Below are positions 1-9,393 of a stretch of 64,000 nucleotides of DNA, in pieces. The stretch comes from Candidatus Heimdallarchaeum aukensis. GTDB taxonomy: Archaea; Asgardarchaeota; Heimdallarchaeia; Heimdallarchaeales; Heimdallarchaeaceae. Below the pieces are notes generated by a model that worked only from the letters and a program-made list of their open reading frames with translations, was not told the origin of the DNA and did no database searches. The DNA is taken from assembly GCA_021513695.1 (NCBI GenBank), contig CP084166.1:192001-256000 (forward strand), written 5' to 3'. How positions within the stretch are numbered: position 1 is the stretch's first letter; every line of letters begins with the position of its first letter. The position numbers were made by a program, and so were the translations under genes.

Positions 1-996
1 ATATTTTTTATTGTCAATTATTAAATAATCTACTGGAAAGAAAAAGTGATTATCTTCAAATTTAACAGGGTTAATGGATATATGAGCCATTCCTTGTATT
101 TTATCTGCAACAATAAGTGAGAGGGGATTTTTAGCATTTGGATTTGTTCCTATTCCAAATTGATCAACATATAGATTGGTTTTTTTCATAAGTTCTTTCA
201 TCATTTTACCTTTTTTTCCTCCTCCTTCTACTTCTGTAATTAGATTATTTTTTATCCACAAAGTTATTTGCTCTGAAAGATCTTCAGTCCAACCAGGAAA
301 AATGTTTAATCTCCCATTAACAAGTATATTGTCATTGTTAGGACCTATAATATCTATACCTACTTCTCCAGATGGAATATTCATTATTAACCCTTTTTCT
401 TCGAAAATTCCTGTGTCACAGTACATACCAACTTGTTTATTTATATTAATTTCAAGAGAACTCCCGGATGGGTCAAATATCCTAAAATTGTTTGTCTTTT
501 TAATTATATTATATAATTTGGTAGTTAGTTTCTTTAAATAAGGAACATTAACGTCTATTGGCCCGTTTGGCAGAAAATCTTCAATAGAAATTTGTGGAGA
601 AGAACATTGATTTATTGCTTTTCTTTTGAGTAAATCATTGAAAACTGTCACTCTGGTAAGAGAAAAATGAGTGATTGTGAATACAAAATCTGATTCGCTA
701 ACTTTCTTGTTTAGTATTGGGTCATCAGGATCAACATAATGCTGATATGTAGGTTTAATAAAATAGATTTTAGTAGGGTTAGGAAAATTTGACTCAATAA
801 CTTTTTTTATGCTTCTAGCAAGTAAATTTCGTTCAATCATATCTGAAAGTAAAGAAATTTGTTTATCTACAAAATCAGTTGATGTGGGATAATCGCTTAC
901 AATTAAAATTTTATCACTTTTATCTAATAACCAGTATTCTTCCACTAATTTTTTAACTGTAGGAGTAATTTTTCTCTCAAGTGTTTTTATTGACAT
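1..996 (-). CDS. M29/AmpS-like aminopeptidase, 3' end runs off the left window edge
   Basis: Absent from the ORF track because no stop lies in the window. My manual reverse-strand translation from ATG 996..994 is open for all 332 codons (MSIKTLERKITPTVKKLVEEYW ... NIPSGEV ... VDQFGIGTNPNAK ... ADKIQGMAHISINPVKFEDNHFFFPVDYLIIDNKKY). The PSGEV, FGIGTNP and G-x-AHI-x-I blocks resemble the M29 thermophilic metalloprotease family. The + ORF 176..541 is its antisense shadow. Confidence 0.55.
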   Translation of the reverse strand, partial: MSIKTLERKITPTVKKLVEEYWLLDKSDKILIVSDYPTSTDFVDKQISLLSDMIERNLLARSIKKVIESNFPNPTKIYFIKPTYQHYVDPDDPILNKKVSESDFVFTITHFSLTRVTVFNDLLKRKAINQCSSPQISIEDFLPNGPIDVNVPYLKKLTTKLYNIIKKTNNFRIFDPSGSSLEININKQVGMYCDTGIFEEKGLIMNIPSGEVGIDIIGPNNDNILVNGRLNIFPGWTEDLSEQITLWIKNNLITEVEGGGKKGKMMKELMKKTNLYVDQFGIGTNPNAKNPLSLIVADKIQGMAHISINPVKFEDNHFFFPVDYLIIDNKKY

Positions 997-1111
997 TCTT
1001 TATGAAATAATAAATTTAACACTTAAAAATTCATTGATAAGATGTGTTTTGAATAAACAGTAAAATTATAAAAAATAGAAGAAGGTAAGGAACAATTATT
1101 ATCGACTAAAA

Positions 1112-1690
1112 TTATTTACTTGGTAAAAATGATTCAAGAGAATGGTTCTTTATATGTTGAATTATAGAATTCTTTGTATCAAAAGTTTCTTTACAAATTT
1201 TACATACGAAAATCTTCTTTTCTTGAATATAATCCCCAAAATTTATAACTATAAATTCTGATTTGAAACTTGATTCTTTTTCTAGATTATTCACAACATT
1301 ACTACAGATTTCATTTTTTGTATTTAATAGGTCAGGTGGGAAATCTAAAGTATCTTCATTTTCTTTAAGATAATCTTCGACTTTTTTTGAGAAATCTCTG
1401 GGAAAATACCATTTATTACCCTTTCTCTCAACAAATTTTTTTAGAAAGTAGTTTATTCTGTTATATAAATTAACCCATGAAGGATGCTGTGAAGCCCCCA
1501 GAAATGATTCAAATTGGCCATATGCTATATATCGAGCAATCGTAGATGTGTCTATTGCTACTGGTTGCCAATCTGCTTTATTCTCAAAATGCTTGAATGA
1601 TTCCACTGCGTCAACTATAGATTTTAGCAAATTTACCTTATCGATATCAAAATTCGCTTCTGTATGTGATGACCCTTTTTCACTAATCAT
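1112..1690 (-). CDS. Hypothetical protein with a C-terminal canonical C2H2 zinc finger
   Basis: 192-aa ORF. FVCKICKETFDTKNSIIQHIKNH (DNA 1142..1210, checked by hand) fits C-x2-C-x3-F-x5-hydrophobic-x2-H-x3-H exactly. I do not recognise the N-terminal 160 aa. Confidence 0.6.
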   Translation of the reverse strand: MISEKGSSHTEANFDIDKVNLLKSIVDAVESFKHFENKADWQPVAIDTSTIARYIAYGQFESFLGASQHPSWVNLYNRINYFLKKFVERKGNKWYFPRDFSKKVEDYLKENEDTLDFPPDLLNTKNEICSNVVNNLEKESSFKSEFIVINFGDYIQEKKIFVCKICKETFDTKNSIIQHIKNHSLESFLPSK

Positions 1691-2034
1691 AATTATAGAA
1701 GCTATAAACCTACTACTTTTAAGTATTATTCTTTTTTCAGAAAGTTGTAAAAAATTGACAAATTTTTATAACTTTTTACTTTTTTAAAATAGTTTGCTAA
1801 ATAATTCCTTATTTAGTGATAAGAAGAGCAATTTCACCAAAATATCTTGGTATTTTAACTAAAAGGTATATTAAGAAAAAAGGTCAATGTTATTGTGAAA
1901 TTATTAGTGATTTTGAGAAATTAATACTTTTTCATATCTTTTTTTAAATAACTAGAAAAAATTATGCTAGAGCAAACACAATCTTTTTATTTTTTAATAC
2001 TATCTATAAATTAAAGAATTCTTGAGTGGTTAAA

Positions 2035-2175
2035 ATGTCAGAAGAAGAAGAAAGAAAAATTGATCCAGACTTGAAGAAAGAATTACTCGAAAAAACTGGG
2101 GAATCAAGTTCCGATGTTGATGAAATAGCAAAAAAATTGGAAGGTAAAATACCAACAAAACCTAAAGAAGAATAA
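2035..2175 (+). CDS. Possible small acidic protein (46 aa)
   Basis: Hand-found ORF, ATG 2035 to TAA 2173..2175: MSEEEERKIDPDLKKELLEKTGESSSDVDEIAKKLEGKIPTKPKEE. No Cys and no recognisable family. It lies in a long AT-rich spacer upstream of the OFOR alpha gene. Confidence 0.25.
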   Translation: MSEEEERKIDPDLKKELLEKTGESSSDVDEIAKKLEGKIPTKPKEE

Positions 2176-2383
2176 TAACTTTTTTTAACATTTTTTTAAA
2201 AAATTATTCTTTCTATTTTGTTTCTATTTTTGTTTAAGTTTTTGATAGAATTTCTTTTCTGGGAGATTCAAGATTTTTAGATTTTAATTAAATTTTGTAA
2301 TTCTTTTTTTATTTAGAATTACTTCTTTATTATTAGAGTTACATAGTGAACTTTAAGAAATAAATATCTTTTTTTTGTTTAGC

Positions 2384-3571
2384 ATGCTTAAGAAAGAGAC
2401 TTATAAAGATATGATTACTGCAAATCAAGCTGTTGCATTAGCTGTTGTTCGTGCAAAACCCAAAGTTATTGCTGCTTATCCTATATCTCCTCAAACTACA
2501 ATTGTTGAATATCTCGCTGATTATTGTGCTTCAGGTGATCTTGATGCAGAATATGTTAGAGTAGAGTCTGAGCATAGTGCAATGACTGTTGTAGCTGCTG
2601 CACAAGGAACAGGTGTTAGAACTTTTACAACCACTGCATCTCAAGGTTTAGCTTATATGCATGAAGTAGTGGCTGCTACTGGAGGAATGCGATTACCTGT
2701 TGTAATGTTTGTAGCTAATCGCACACTCATGAGTCCTGGGGGTATTTGGCCTGAATATTCAGATACCATGCCTGAAAGAGACACAGCTTGGCTTCAAGTT
2801 TATGTTGAAGATAATCAAGAAGTTTTTGATATGATTATTCAAGCTTATAAAATAGCTGAACATAAAGATGTGTTATTACCAATAATGGTCTGTGGAGATG
2901 GATATATTCTTACTCATACATCAGACACTGTTGAAATTTTAGGAGAGAAAGAAGTAGATGAATTTCTTCCACAATATAAATCAGAGCATGCATATTTGGA
3001 TATTGAAAGACCTTTGGCACAAGGAATAATTGTTCCACCTGCATACCATATGGAAGCAAAATATCAAATGCATATGGCTATGAGAAAAGCAAAAAAAGTA
3101 ATCCAAGAAGTTAATGAGGAATTTTCAAAGAAATTCGGTCGAGATTACGGGGGGTTAATAGATACTTATAAGCTAGAAGACGCAGAAATAGCATTAACAG
3201 TTGTAGGTTCAACTACAGGAACAGCAAGAACAGTAGTTGACGAATTAAGAAAAAAAGGGGTAAAAATAGGTCTTCTTAAAATTAGATTCTTTAGACCTTT
3301 TCCATTTGAAGAAATAAGAAAAGCTTTGGAAAATATGAAAGCTATAGGTGTTTTTGATAGAAGCTTATCTTATGGTTCTACAGGACAATTTTTTGGTGAA
3401 GTTAGAAACGCGTTATATGGGTTAAATATTCCTATAGTTAATTTTATTGCAGGATTAGGTGGGAGAGACATTAGAGAAGAAGATATTCGAACAATGATTA
3501 ACAAAATCGATGAACTAAAGGACAAAGAACAACCAGAAGATCCTATAATATTCGTTAATACTCGATTTTGA
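2384..3571 (+). CDS. 2-oxoacid:ferredoxin oxidoreductase, alpha subunit (POR/KOR/VOR class, substrate not assignable)
   Basis: AYPISPQTTIVEYL, ESEHSAMTVVAAAQGTGVRTFTTTASQGLAYMHEV and about 395 aa length are typical of the alpha subunit of four-subunit OFORs. The track starts at TTG 2375; in-frame ATG 2384 (MLKKETYK) seems the likelier start. Confidence 0.9.
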   Translation: MLKKETYKDMITANQAVALAVVRAKPKVIAAYPISPQTTIVEYLADYCASGDLDAEYVRVESEHSAMTVVAAAQGTGVRTFTTTASQGLAYMHEVVAATGGMRLPVVMFVANRTLMSPGGIWPEYSDTMPERDTAWLQVYVEDNQEVFDMIIQAYKIAEHKDVLLPIMVCGDGYILTHTSDTVEILGEKEVDEFLPQYKSEHAYLDIERPLAQGIIVPPAYHMEAKYQMHMAMRKAKKVIQEVNEEFSKKFGRDYGGLIDTYKLEDAEIALTVVGSTTGTARTVVDELRKKGVKIGLLKIRFFRPFPFEEIRKALENMKAIGVFDRSLSYGSTGQFFGEVRNALYGLNIPIVNFIAGLGGRDIREEDIRTMINKIDELKDKEQPEDPIIFVNTRF

Positions 3572-3764
3572 GTATACAATTTTTTTATTTCTCTTTTTTT
3601 TAAGAAAACTAGAAAAAGTGAAGCTAAAAACTTTAAGTTTAATTATTTTTTATCTAGAGACGCTATTACCTTCTATATCATTTACAAGCAGTTAGATTAG
3701 CATTTAGATTCACACTGTTTATAGGATTAACTTAGAGGTTTTTTTCCTTGATTTTAGACTAAAG

Positions 3765-3772
3765 TTTAAATA
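3765..3772 (+). promoter_or_regulatory. Archaeal TATA box (TTTAAATA) for the histone-fold gene
   Basis: Exact TTTAAATA 48 nt upstream of ATG 3820, followed by the Shine-Dalgarno-like AGGAGGT at 3806..3812, 7 nt before the ATG. Confidence 0.55.
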
Positions 3773-3793
3773 CTAGTTCTTTTATAACTAGTA
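3771..3793. promoter_or_regulatory. Perfect 8-bp inverted repeat TACTAGTT-N7-AACTAGTA between TATA box and expected transcription start
   Basis: Read directly: tactagtt cttttat aactagta. It overlaps the 3' end of the TATA box, the usual position of archaeal repressor operators. It could alternatively form a hairpin at the 5' end of the mRNA. Confidence 0.4.
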
Positions 3794-3819
3794 CTTGAAC
3801 CTTTTAGGAGGTTAGAACT

Positions 3820-4026
3820 ATGGCGAAAAAGAAGAAAGCTGCACCAAAAGCTGATATCCTTATCGTCAAATCAAAAGTTCGAGAATATGTTAAGAGCCTT
3901 GGAGAATTCCAAATGAGTTCAGACTTTATTGAAGCTCTAAATACTGAAGTAGCTGGATTAATCAAATCAGCTGCTGAGAGAACAAAGGCTAACAACAGAA
4001 AGACACTCTCTGCAAGAGACGTATAA
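3820..4026 (+). CDS. Small histone-fold (DUF1931-like) protein with Lys-rich N-terminal tail
   Basis: 68 aa: MAKKKKAAPKAD tail, then KSKVREYVKSL / DFIEALNTEVAGLIKSAAERTKANN / RKTLSARDV, i.e. helix1-loop-long helix2-RKT(L)xxxD loop as in archaeal histones. It ends without helix 3, as I recall for DUF1931 proteins. Strong SD and TATA upstream. Confidence 0.6.
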   Translation: MAKKKKAAPKADILIVKSKVREYVKSLGEFQMSSDFIEALNTEVAGLIKSAAERTKANNRKTLSARDV

Positions 4027-4055
4027 AATTCTCGACGTGATTTGATAGGGAAAAA

Positions 4056-4080
4056 GAAGACTCAACTAGGTTGAATCTTC
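4056..4080 (+). terminator. Hairpin followed by T-runs downstream of the histone-fold gene
   Basis: gaagactcaac-tag-gttgaatcttc (11-bp stem with one mismatch), with tttttatttctttctattttttt about 30 nt further on. Archaeal termination mainly uses oligo-T, so the role of the hairpin is uncertain. Confidence 0.3.
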
Positions 4081-4199
4081 CTTAAGTATAAAAATAATTA
4101 TATCTTTTTATTTCTTTCTATTTTTTTGTCGGATGAATATTTAACTTTTAGGCTTTTTTACCAAAAAGTTAATAGTTTTTAGATAATTCTTCCTTAATA

Positions 4200-4910
4200 A
4201 TGCAGATAGAAGGAGAATATACATATGCCAAATTTATAGAAAGGCCAAACAGGTTTTTAGCAAAAGTAAAACTTTATTCTACAGAAAAAGTAGAGTATTG
4301 TCATGTTCCAGATCCAGGAAGATTAAAGGAATTACTTTTACCTAACGTTGAAGTTTTTTTAAGAAAAGAAAAGAGTCAAATTAGAAAAACAAAATATTCT
4401 CTAATAGGTGTTAAAGCGGAAAATGGTACTTGGGTCAACATTGACTCACAGATTAGTAATAAGCTCTTTTATTTAGAGATGAAAAAAATTGAAAATTTTA
4501 GTAACTATAAGATCCTAAAGAAAGAATTTAGTTTAGGAAAAAGTAGAATAGACTTCTTGTTAAGAAATGTTGAAAACAGTAAGCAAGCTTTGGTTGAAGT
4601 GAAAAGTGTTACTTTGGTTGAAGAAAACACAGCTTTATTTCCTGATGCTCCGACGAAGAGAGGAGTAAAGCATCTGAAAGAACTTGAAGAAGCGGTTAAA
4701 GAAAACAAATATAATGCTTTTATTGTTTTTATTGTAAAGAGATCTGATGCTAAAAGTTTTAGTCCTAATTGGGAAAGAGATAAAAATTTTGCTAGCGCAC
4801 TAGTTGAAAGTTCTAAAAAAGGAGTTAAAATAATAGCTGTTGTATGCTCTTTTTCTCCTGAAAGAAAGGAATTGAGTATAATAAATAAAATCCCTATATT
4901 TCTGAATTAA
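4200..4910 (+). CDS. sfsA: SfsA family protein (sugar fermentation stimulation protein A homologue, nuclease-like)
   Basis: FIERPNRFLAKV ... HVPDPGRLKELL ... SRIDFLL ... VEVKSVTL ... FPDAPTKRGVKHLKEL is the conserved SfsA pattern over the full 236 aa. Confidence 0.85.
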   Translation: MQIEGEYTYAKFIERPNRFLAKVKLYSTEKVEYCHVPDPGRLKELLLPNVEVFLRKEKSQIRKTKYSLIGVKAENGTWVNIDSQISNKLFYLEMKKIENFSNYKILKKEFSLGKSRIDFLLRNVENSKQALVEVKSVTLVEENTALFPDAPTKRGVKHLKELEEAVKENKYNAFIVFIVKRSDAKSFSPNWERDKNFASALVESSKKGVKIIAVVCSFSPERKELSIINKIPIFLN

Positions 4911-4928
4911 TATCGCGTCATTTGTTCT

Positions 4929-6404
4929 TTAACTTAACGATTTTTTTCTCATTTTCTCTATATATTCTTGACTATAACCAAACAAAATAAACTTTCTAGA
5001 ATTTTCAAAAGTGATTTTCACTGAAATTTCTTGTTCATTATCTAAAAATATTTCAGGTAGTAGCATGTTTGATTTTATATTTTCAATTTTTATTATAGGT
5101 ATAGATTTTAGAACTCTGTCTTTTGTTGTTAATACAAATAAATGTTCATCAACAATTGTCCATTTTGCTACATATTCTTTTTTTACGACCTCATTTATTG
5201 AATTTATATAGATATCATCGAAGAAAACTTGTTCTGTTTTTATTATTGCTTCTATTATGAAACTGGTCAGTAGGTAGAGAACTATAAACCAATAAACATA
5301 ATTTTCATCCCAAAAATGAATAACAAATAAAACCATTGAAACAATTAAGAACGCAAAATTACCCAGAAATTGAAGAAAATATTTGTGTGCCTTTTTTAAT
5401 CCCTCTTTTACCTTCGTTTTCTGTTTATAAGCAGTAAAATGCTTAAAATTTAGATATTTTTCATAATCGTTTTCATAATCTTTAAAGAAAAAAGGTTGAA
5501 AGATTTTTTTCCATTTAACTACTCTTGCAGGAATTTTGTAAAACATTTCTTCTTCATTACCAAATGATATTTTAGATGAAATCCAATTTTTAGGTAGATC
5601 TTCTTTTTCTTTTACTCTTAAGAAAACATTTTTTATTTCTCTTTTCATTTTTACTTTTTCTCTTAATTTTACTATTTTAAAATATGAAAAAATTAGTATA
5701 ATTGAGAAAAAAGTACTAAGTACAGTAAGTGTGAAAGTTGTATAATATGCAGTTTTCAGACTTATATTATTGTTAAAAGCAATATAGAGCGAGGGTAATG
5801 TTAGGGCCAACATAAACAAAATCCCTATTGCTTGAATATTGTTTTCTAATCTAAAATTCTGATTTCTAGTTCTCCTAATAGATTTCTTTAACAAATAAGA
5901 TAGTAATTTAAAGGCTTTGTAGTATGCTAAAAAGAAGAAAGTAGGAAAAAGTACAAACATACATATATACAACCATATTGAAAATATAGAAGGTTGTGTG
6001 TAATCTTCTGTTCTAAGAAATGAGCTGAAAATAAGAAAGCTAAGTAAAGTTGAGAAACCTAAAACAAATATGTTAGGAAAAATAAAAGTCCAAATCGCAA
6101 ATGATTCCATTATTAACTTCCTTGAATCAACGATTTGATTCAAAGGATATAAATCAGAAAGAGGATCTTGAATGCTTTTATCATCTGTTTCATTCTTGAA
6201 ATAGTAGCCCTCAAATATTATTTCTTTCTGATTCTTTGATTTCCAATTAACAAAATCTATTATTAGTTCTCTTTGGTTATTGGAAATATCTTTGGTATGG
6301 ATGTTGTAATCTTCAATTTCTCCTTTTTTTCTAAAATAATCAGTTTTAATCCTGACAGATTTTTTATTTCTTGAAATATATTTTTCTTTATTTGTTACCT
6401 TCAT
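4929..6404 (-). CDS. Polytopic membrane protein, unknown function (soluble N-terminus, about 6 TM segments in two groups, beta-rich C-terminal domain)
   Basis: 491-aa ORF starting 4 nt after the stop of the helicase gene. Hydrophobic stretches include IWTFIFPNIFVLGFSTLLSFLIF, IWLYICMFVLFPTFFFLAYY, IGILFMLALTLPSLYIAF, FTLTVLSTFFSIILIFSYF, FLGNFAFLIVSMVLFVIHF and WFIVLYLLTSFIIEAII. No family recognised. Confidence 0.6.
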   Translation of the reverse strand: MKVTNKEKYISRNKKSVRIKTDYFRKKGEIEDYNIHTKDISNNQRELIIDFVNWKSKNQKEIIFEGYYFKNETDDKSIQDPLSDLYPLNQIVDSRKLIMESFAIWTFIFPNIFVLGFSTLLSFLIFSSFLRTEDYTQPSIFSIWLYICMFVLFPTFFFLAYYKAFKLLSYLLKKSIRRTRNQNFRLENNIQAIGILFMLALTLPSLYIAFNNNISLKTAYYTTFTLTVLSTFFSIILIFSYFKIVKLREKVKMKREIKNVFLRVKEKEDLPKNWISSKISFGNEEEMFYKIPARVVKWKKIFQPFFFKDYENDYEKYLNFKHFTAYKQKTKVKEGLKKAHKYFLQFLGNFAFLIVSMVLFVIHFWDENYVYWFIVLYLLTSFIIEAIIKTEQVFFDDIYINSINEVVKKEYVAKWTIVDEHLFVLTTKDRVLKSIPIIKIENIKSNMLLPEIFLDNEQEISVKITFENSRKFILFGYSQEYIEKMRKKSLS

Positions 6405-6408
6405 CTTT

Positions 6409-9393
6409 CTACTTCCATATTATTTTTTTATTGACTTTGAAGATTTTATTCTGTTTTTCTCTTTCCTGAGTTATATTTTCTTTTACAATTTCTCCAAGAG
6501 CAACTATCCTGTTCCAAATAACAACTAATTGACTAATTTCATCTGTTTTTAAAAATGAAAGACCTATAACTATTAATTGTTTTAATGCTTTTTCGTTTAT
6601 TTTTTGATTGTTTTTAATTATTGTTTCATCTTCTTTTAATTCTTTAATCGAGATTCCAATATTAGCATTTTGAAGCATGAGCATGGAATCTAATACCGTT
6701 TCTACTTTTGGATTGATTCTTGGTAACAATAGTCGAAAATAATTACCTATTCTTTGGCTAAATGTAACATATTTTATTTCTTCACTGATTAAGTTCAATG
6801 CGTCATTTTTCTTCTTCAGGGCTATTTTATACTCATTTAATAAAATTAAACTTTGAAATACATCAGATAGTAATTCTGTGAAAAGTTTCTTTTCAAAATC
6901 AATGTATCCCTTACGGAAAAACCTTTTTTCATTATTCTTATATTTTATAACTCCATAACTATCGTTCACTACAGGAATGATAAAAGTTCTATCTTCAAAT
7001 TTTAAGTCATAAGATAATAATTCAACGTTGTCATATTTTTCTCCAATTTTCCACTGCTCATAAGTTTTTTCTCTTTGCAACGCCTTATTTATCATGATTT
7101 GGTTAAATTTACTGATATCTTTTGCTATCTCACTTATATCTTCAGAGATTGAAGGAAAAATATGTCCTATTCCTTTTTCTATTATTCCATCTTCTGACAA
7201 TCCATAAAAGTGTTCATGTTTTCGTTGTATATTAAAAAAGGTGCTAAGACCGAAAGGTAAACTAGGCTCAATTACAGCTATATCCCATATGTTGCTTATT
7301 TTTTTGTCATCTGTTTCATCTACTCTATATGCTCTTCCTTTAGTTTGAATAACAGTTTGATAAGCAGATACTGAAGTTAAATCAATAAGTGTATTTAGTT
7401 TAACAGAGTCCCACCCTTCTCCTAATATGTTTCTTGGCCCAATCAGACATTTAGTTATCCCCTTCTCAAGTAAATAAGTAAAAAGAAGAGTGTATATTCC
7501 TGTTCTCCAATCAAATCCCTCTCCTATAATTTGGACAATTTTCTCGTTTTCTGTTCTTTTTATTGACAATTTAAAATCAAATTTGAAATTCTCTTTCCAT
7601 TTTTCACTTTCTTTTAGTATTTGATTAGCTATGTCTCTATCTGTAAGTATTGATGAAGAAGAAATGGAAACTGGATCTAACTGGTTGGTTTTAGTATTTG
7701 AAATAAGCTTTTCTAAGATACTTAACGACAGATTTTCTGTAGTAAAATCATAAATTATTGCTGAACGTAATTTATCCTTTAAATATGAGAATTCATACTC
7801 TAGAATCTCAACAATAGCATTTATTTTTGATTTACTTGAATTAAGAAAACTAAAAGTTACTTCTCTCTCTTTCATTAAATTATCTACATTCTCTAGTTTC
7901 TCAAAAAATCGACCTAATTCGTTATAATAATTTAAAGCTTTTTTAGAATTGAATTTCTGTTTTCTAAGATAATTCCAATAATAGGCGTGAAGAATAATAA
8001 ATAATTCATTTAATGTAAATTTTTCTTGATCAATTGCTTCTTGATTTTCAAAAATCAGATAAATTTTGTTTACTAAATCATCATTCTTGTATCGTTTTAT
8101 TATGTTTAGATGATTATTTTCATATTCTTCTTTAAGAAATTCAATAGGGTCTTTTAGATTTTTAGATTTTAATGAAGAAAAGAGCTTTCTCAAAGGTTTG
8201 AATTTTTTTTCTATTTCCTTTCTTTCTTCCTCTTGAGGATAGACAAAGTATAACAAATCTTGATAAGGGGCTATGTTTTTTTGTTTTACCGCTGCTGGAG
8301 TAGGTATTTCGATATCAACAGAACCAAAAAGTAATTCGTATATTCCTACTTCTTCATCCTCGACATTCACATCAGTTGGAGGAGTTGCAGTTAAACCCAA
8401 AATGAATGGGATGTTAAATTCTTCAATAAGATAGTTTACAATATATGCCCAAATTGATGTAAGATGATGACACTCATCTAAGATTATTAGACCTATTCCT
8501 TTGTTTTTTAGGGTGTCAATTATCTCTAATGTGTTTTTGTGTAGAATGTCTTTAATCTTTATATCTGAAAAATTAAACTCTCCTTTTATTATCTTATGCC
8601 TTATTTTGTTGATATATTCATTTATTTTTGCTTTATACTCTTCATAATTACTTTTTTTTAAAGATTCAATAAATTCTTTATTTTCATTTTTTTCTTTTAA
8701 CCACATTTTTTCAGCAAAATGCTGTAACATCTCTTCTTCTTGAGAATAAACAGAAAAACGTTGGTAGGTCATTACTGTAATTGGAGCTCTTGATTTAGGG
8801 TCTGTATTTCCAATCATCGTGTTAATGATATTGTTTTCTTTGTCAAGAAACAATTTAATTTTATCTATCCATTGGTCCTGAGTAGAAAAATTTGGTGTTA
8901 GCACTAGAGTATTTTTTGCTATTTGTTTTGCTATTTCAAGACCTACAATAGTTTTTCCTGAACCAGGAGGAGAAACAACATAAAACTTCCTTTCTACTGT
9001 GCTAATTTTTTGTTCAAATTTTTCTAAAATAAGTTTTTGAGATTGCCAAAATTCTCCTCGAAAATACATGTTTGTTAATAAAGAAGGATCAATTTGTCCA
9101 TCTCTGTCTAAATCAAATCTGTATTCACGGAAAGAATTTATTGAAATTTTGATAAAATTATTTATTTTCTCTACTTTTTTACAGTGGGGACAATATTCAT
9201 TTATTTTATACCATTGCTCTAAATGTTCAGAATGAAAAAGACTTCTACAATAAGGGCATAGATAGACTATATCTTCTTTATCAAAAGGTGTAAAGCATAT
9301 CTCACATTTAACAATTTCAGCTCTGCAATTTTCACAGAAATTCCAATCTAACTCAATTTTTGAGTTACAGTTTGTACAACTGTAATGATTCAT
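6409..9393 (-). CDS. Zn-ribbon + RING-like finger + SF2 (ResIII/XPB-like DECH) helicase with a large insertion and C-terminal extension
   Basis: N-terminus: CTNC-x10-CENC, then CEIC-x12-CPYC-x4-H-x2-H-x10-CPHC. Helicase motifs: VVSPPGSGKT (I), ILDECHH (II), LGLTATPP (III), LGEGWDS and QTKGRAYR (V/VI). About 300 aa separate motifs III and V. Confidence 0.8.
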   Translation of the reverse strand: MNHYSCTNCNSKIELDWNFCENCRAEIVKCEICFTPFDKEDIVYLCPYCRSLFHSEHLEQWYKINEYCPHCKKVEKINNFIKISINSFREYRFDLDRDGQIDPSLLTNMYFRGEFWQSQKLILEKFEQKISTVERKFYVVSPPGSGKTIVGLEIAKQIAKNTLVLTPNFSTQDQWIDKIKLFLDKENNIINTMIGNTDPKSRAPITVMTYQRFSVYSQEEEMLQHFAEKMWLKEKNENKEFIESLKKSNYEEYKAKINEYINKIRHKIIKGEFNFSDIKIKDILHKNTLEIIDTLKNKGIGLIILDECHHLTSIWAYIVNYLIEEFNIPFILGLTATPPTDVNVEDEEVGIYELLFGSVDIEIPTPAAVKQKNIAPYQDLLYFVYPQEEERKEIEKKFKPLRKLFSSLKSKNLKDPIEFLKEEYENNHLNIIKRYKNDDLVNKIYLIFENQEAIDQEKFTLNELFIILHAYYWNYLRKQKFNSKKALNYYNELGRFFEKLENVDNLMKEREVTFSFLNSSKSKINAIVEILEYEFSYLKDKLRSAIIYDFTTENLSLSILEKLISNTKTNQLDPVSISSSSILTDRDIANQILKESEKWKENFKFDFKLSIKRTENEKIVQIIGEGFDWRTGIYTLLFTYLLEKGITKCLIGPRNILGEGWDSVKLNTLIDLTSVSAYQTVIQTKGRAYRVDETDDKKISNIWDIAVIEPSLPFGLSTFFNIQRKHEHFYGLSEDGIIEKGIGHIFPSISEDISEIAKDISKFNQIMINKALQREKTYEQWKIGEKYDNVELLSYDLKFEDRTFIIPVVNDSYGVIKYKNNEKRFFRKGYIDFEKKLFTELLSDVFQSLILLNEYKIALKKKNDALNLISEEIKYVTFSQRIGNYFRLLLPRINPKVETVLDSMLMLQNANIGISIKELKEDETIIKNNQKINEKALKQLIVIGLSFLKTDEISQLVVIWNRIVALGEIVKENITQEREKQNKIFKVNKKIIWK

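Noticed and set aside
176-541. Track ORF of 121 aa on the + strand (MVFFISSFIILPFFPPPSTS...)
   Set aside because: Low-complexity antisense shadow of the well-supported minus-strand M29-like aminopeptidase gene (1..996), which is open across the whole region.
2035-2175. Small ORF upstream of the OFOR alpha gene as the missing delta (ferredoxin) subunit
   Set aside because: The 46-aa product contains no cysteine, so it cannot carry the two 4Fe-4S clusters of a delta subunit.
3804-3995. 63-aa minus-strand ORF overlapping the histone-fold gene. Similar internal antisense ORFs occur at 1548..1787, 3370..3579, 4505..4708, 5011..5211, 10059..10262, 11134..11358, 12659..13102, 13307..13558, 13887..14177, 14896..15210, 15458..15766, 15830..16141, 16860..17150, 18014..18292, 19022..19342, 20042..20227, 21053..21271 and 22820..23017
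   Set aside because: Each lies inside or opposite a longer ORF with clear family motifs. Their compositions are those of AT-rich antisense frames (Leu/Phe/Ile/Ser-rich, no motifs).
9010-9130. EF-hand-like loop DLDRDGQIDPSL in the helicase
   Set aside because: It matches DxDxDG, but position 12 is Leu instead of the obligatory Glu/Asp, and there is no flanking helix-loop-helix pair. Not claimed as a calcium site.
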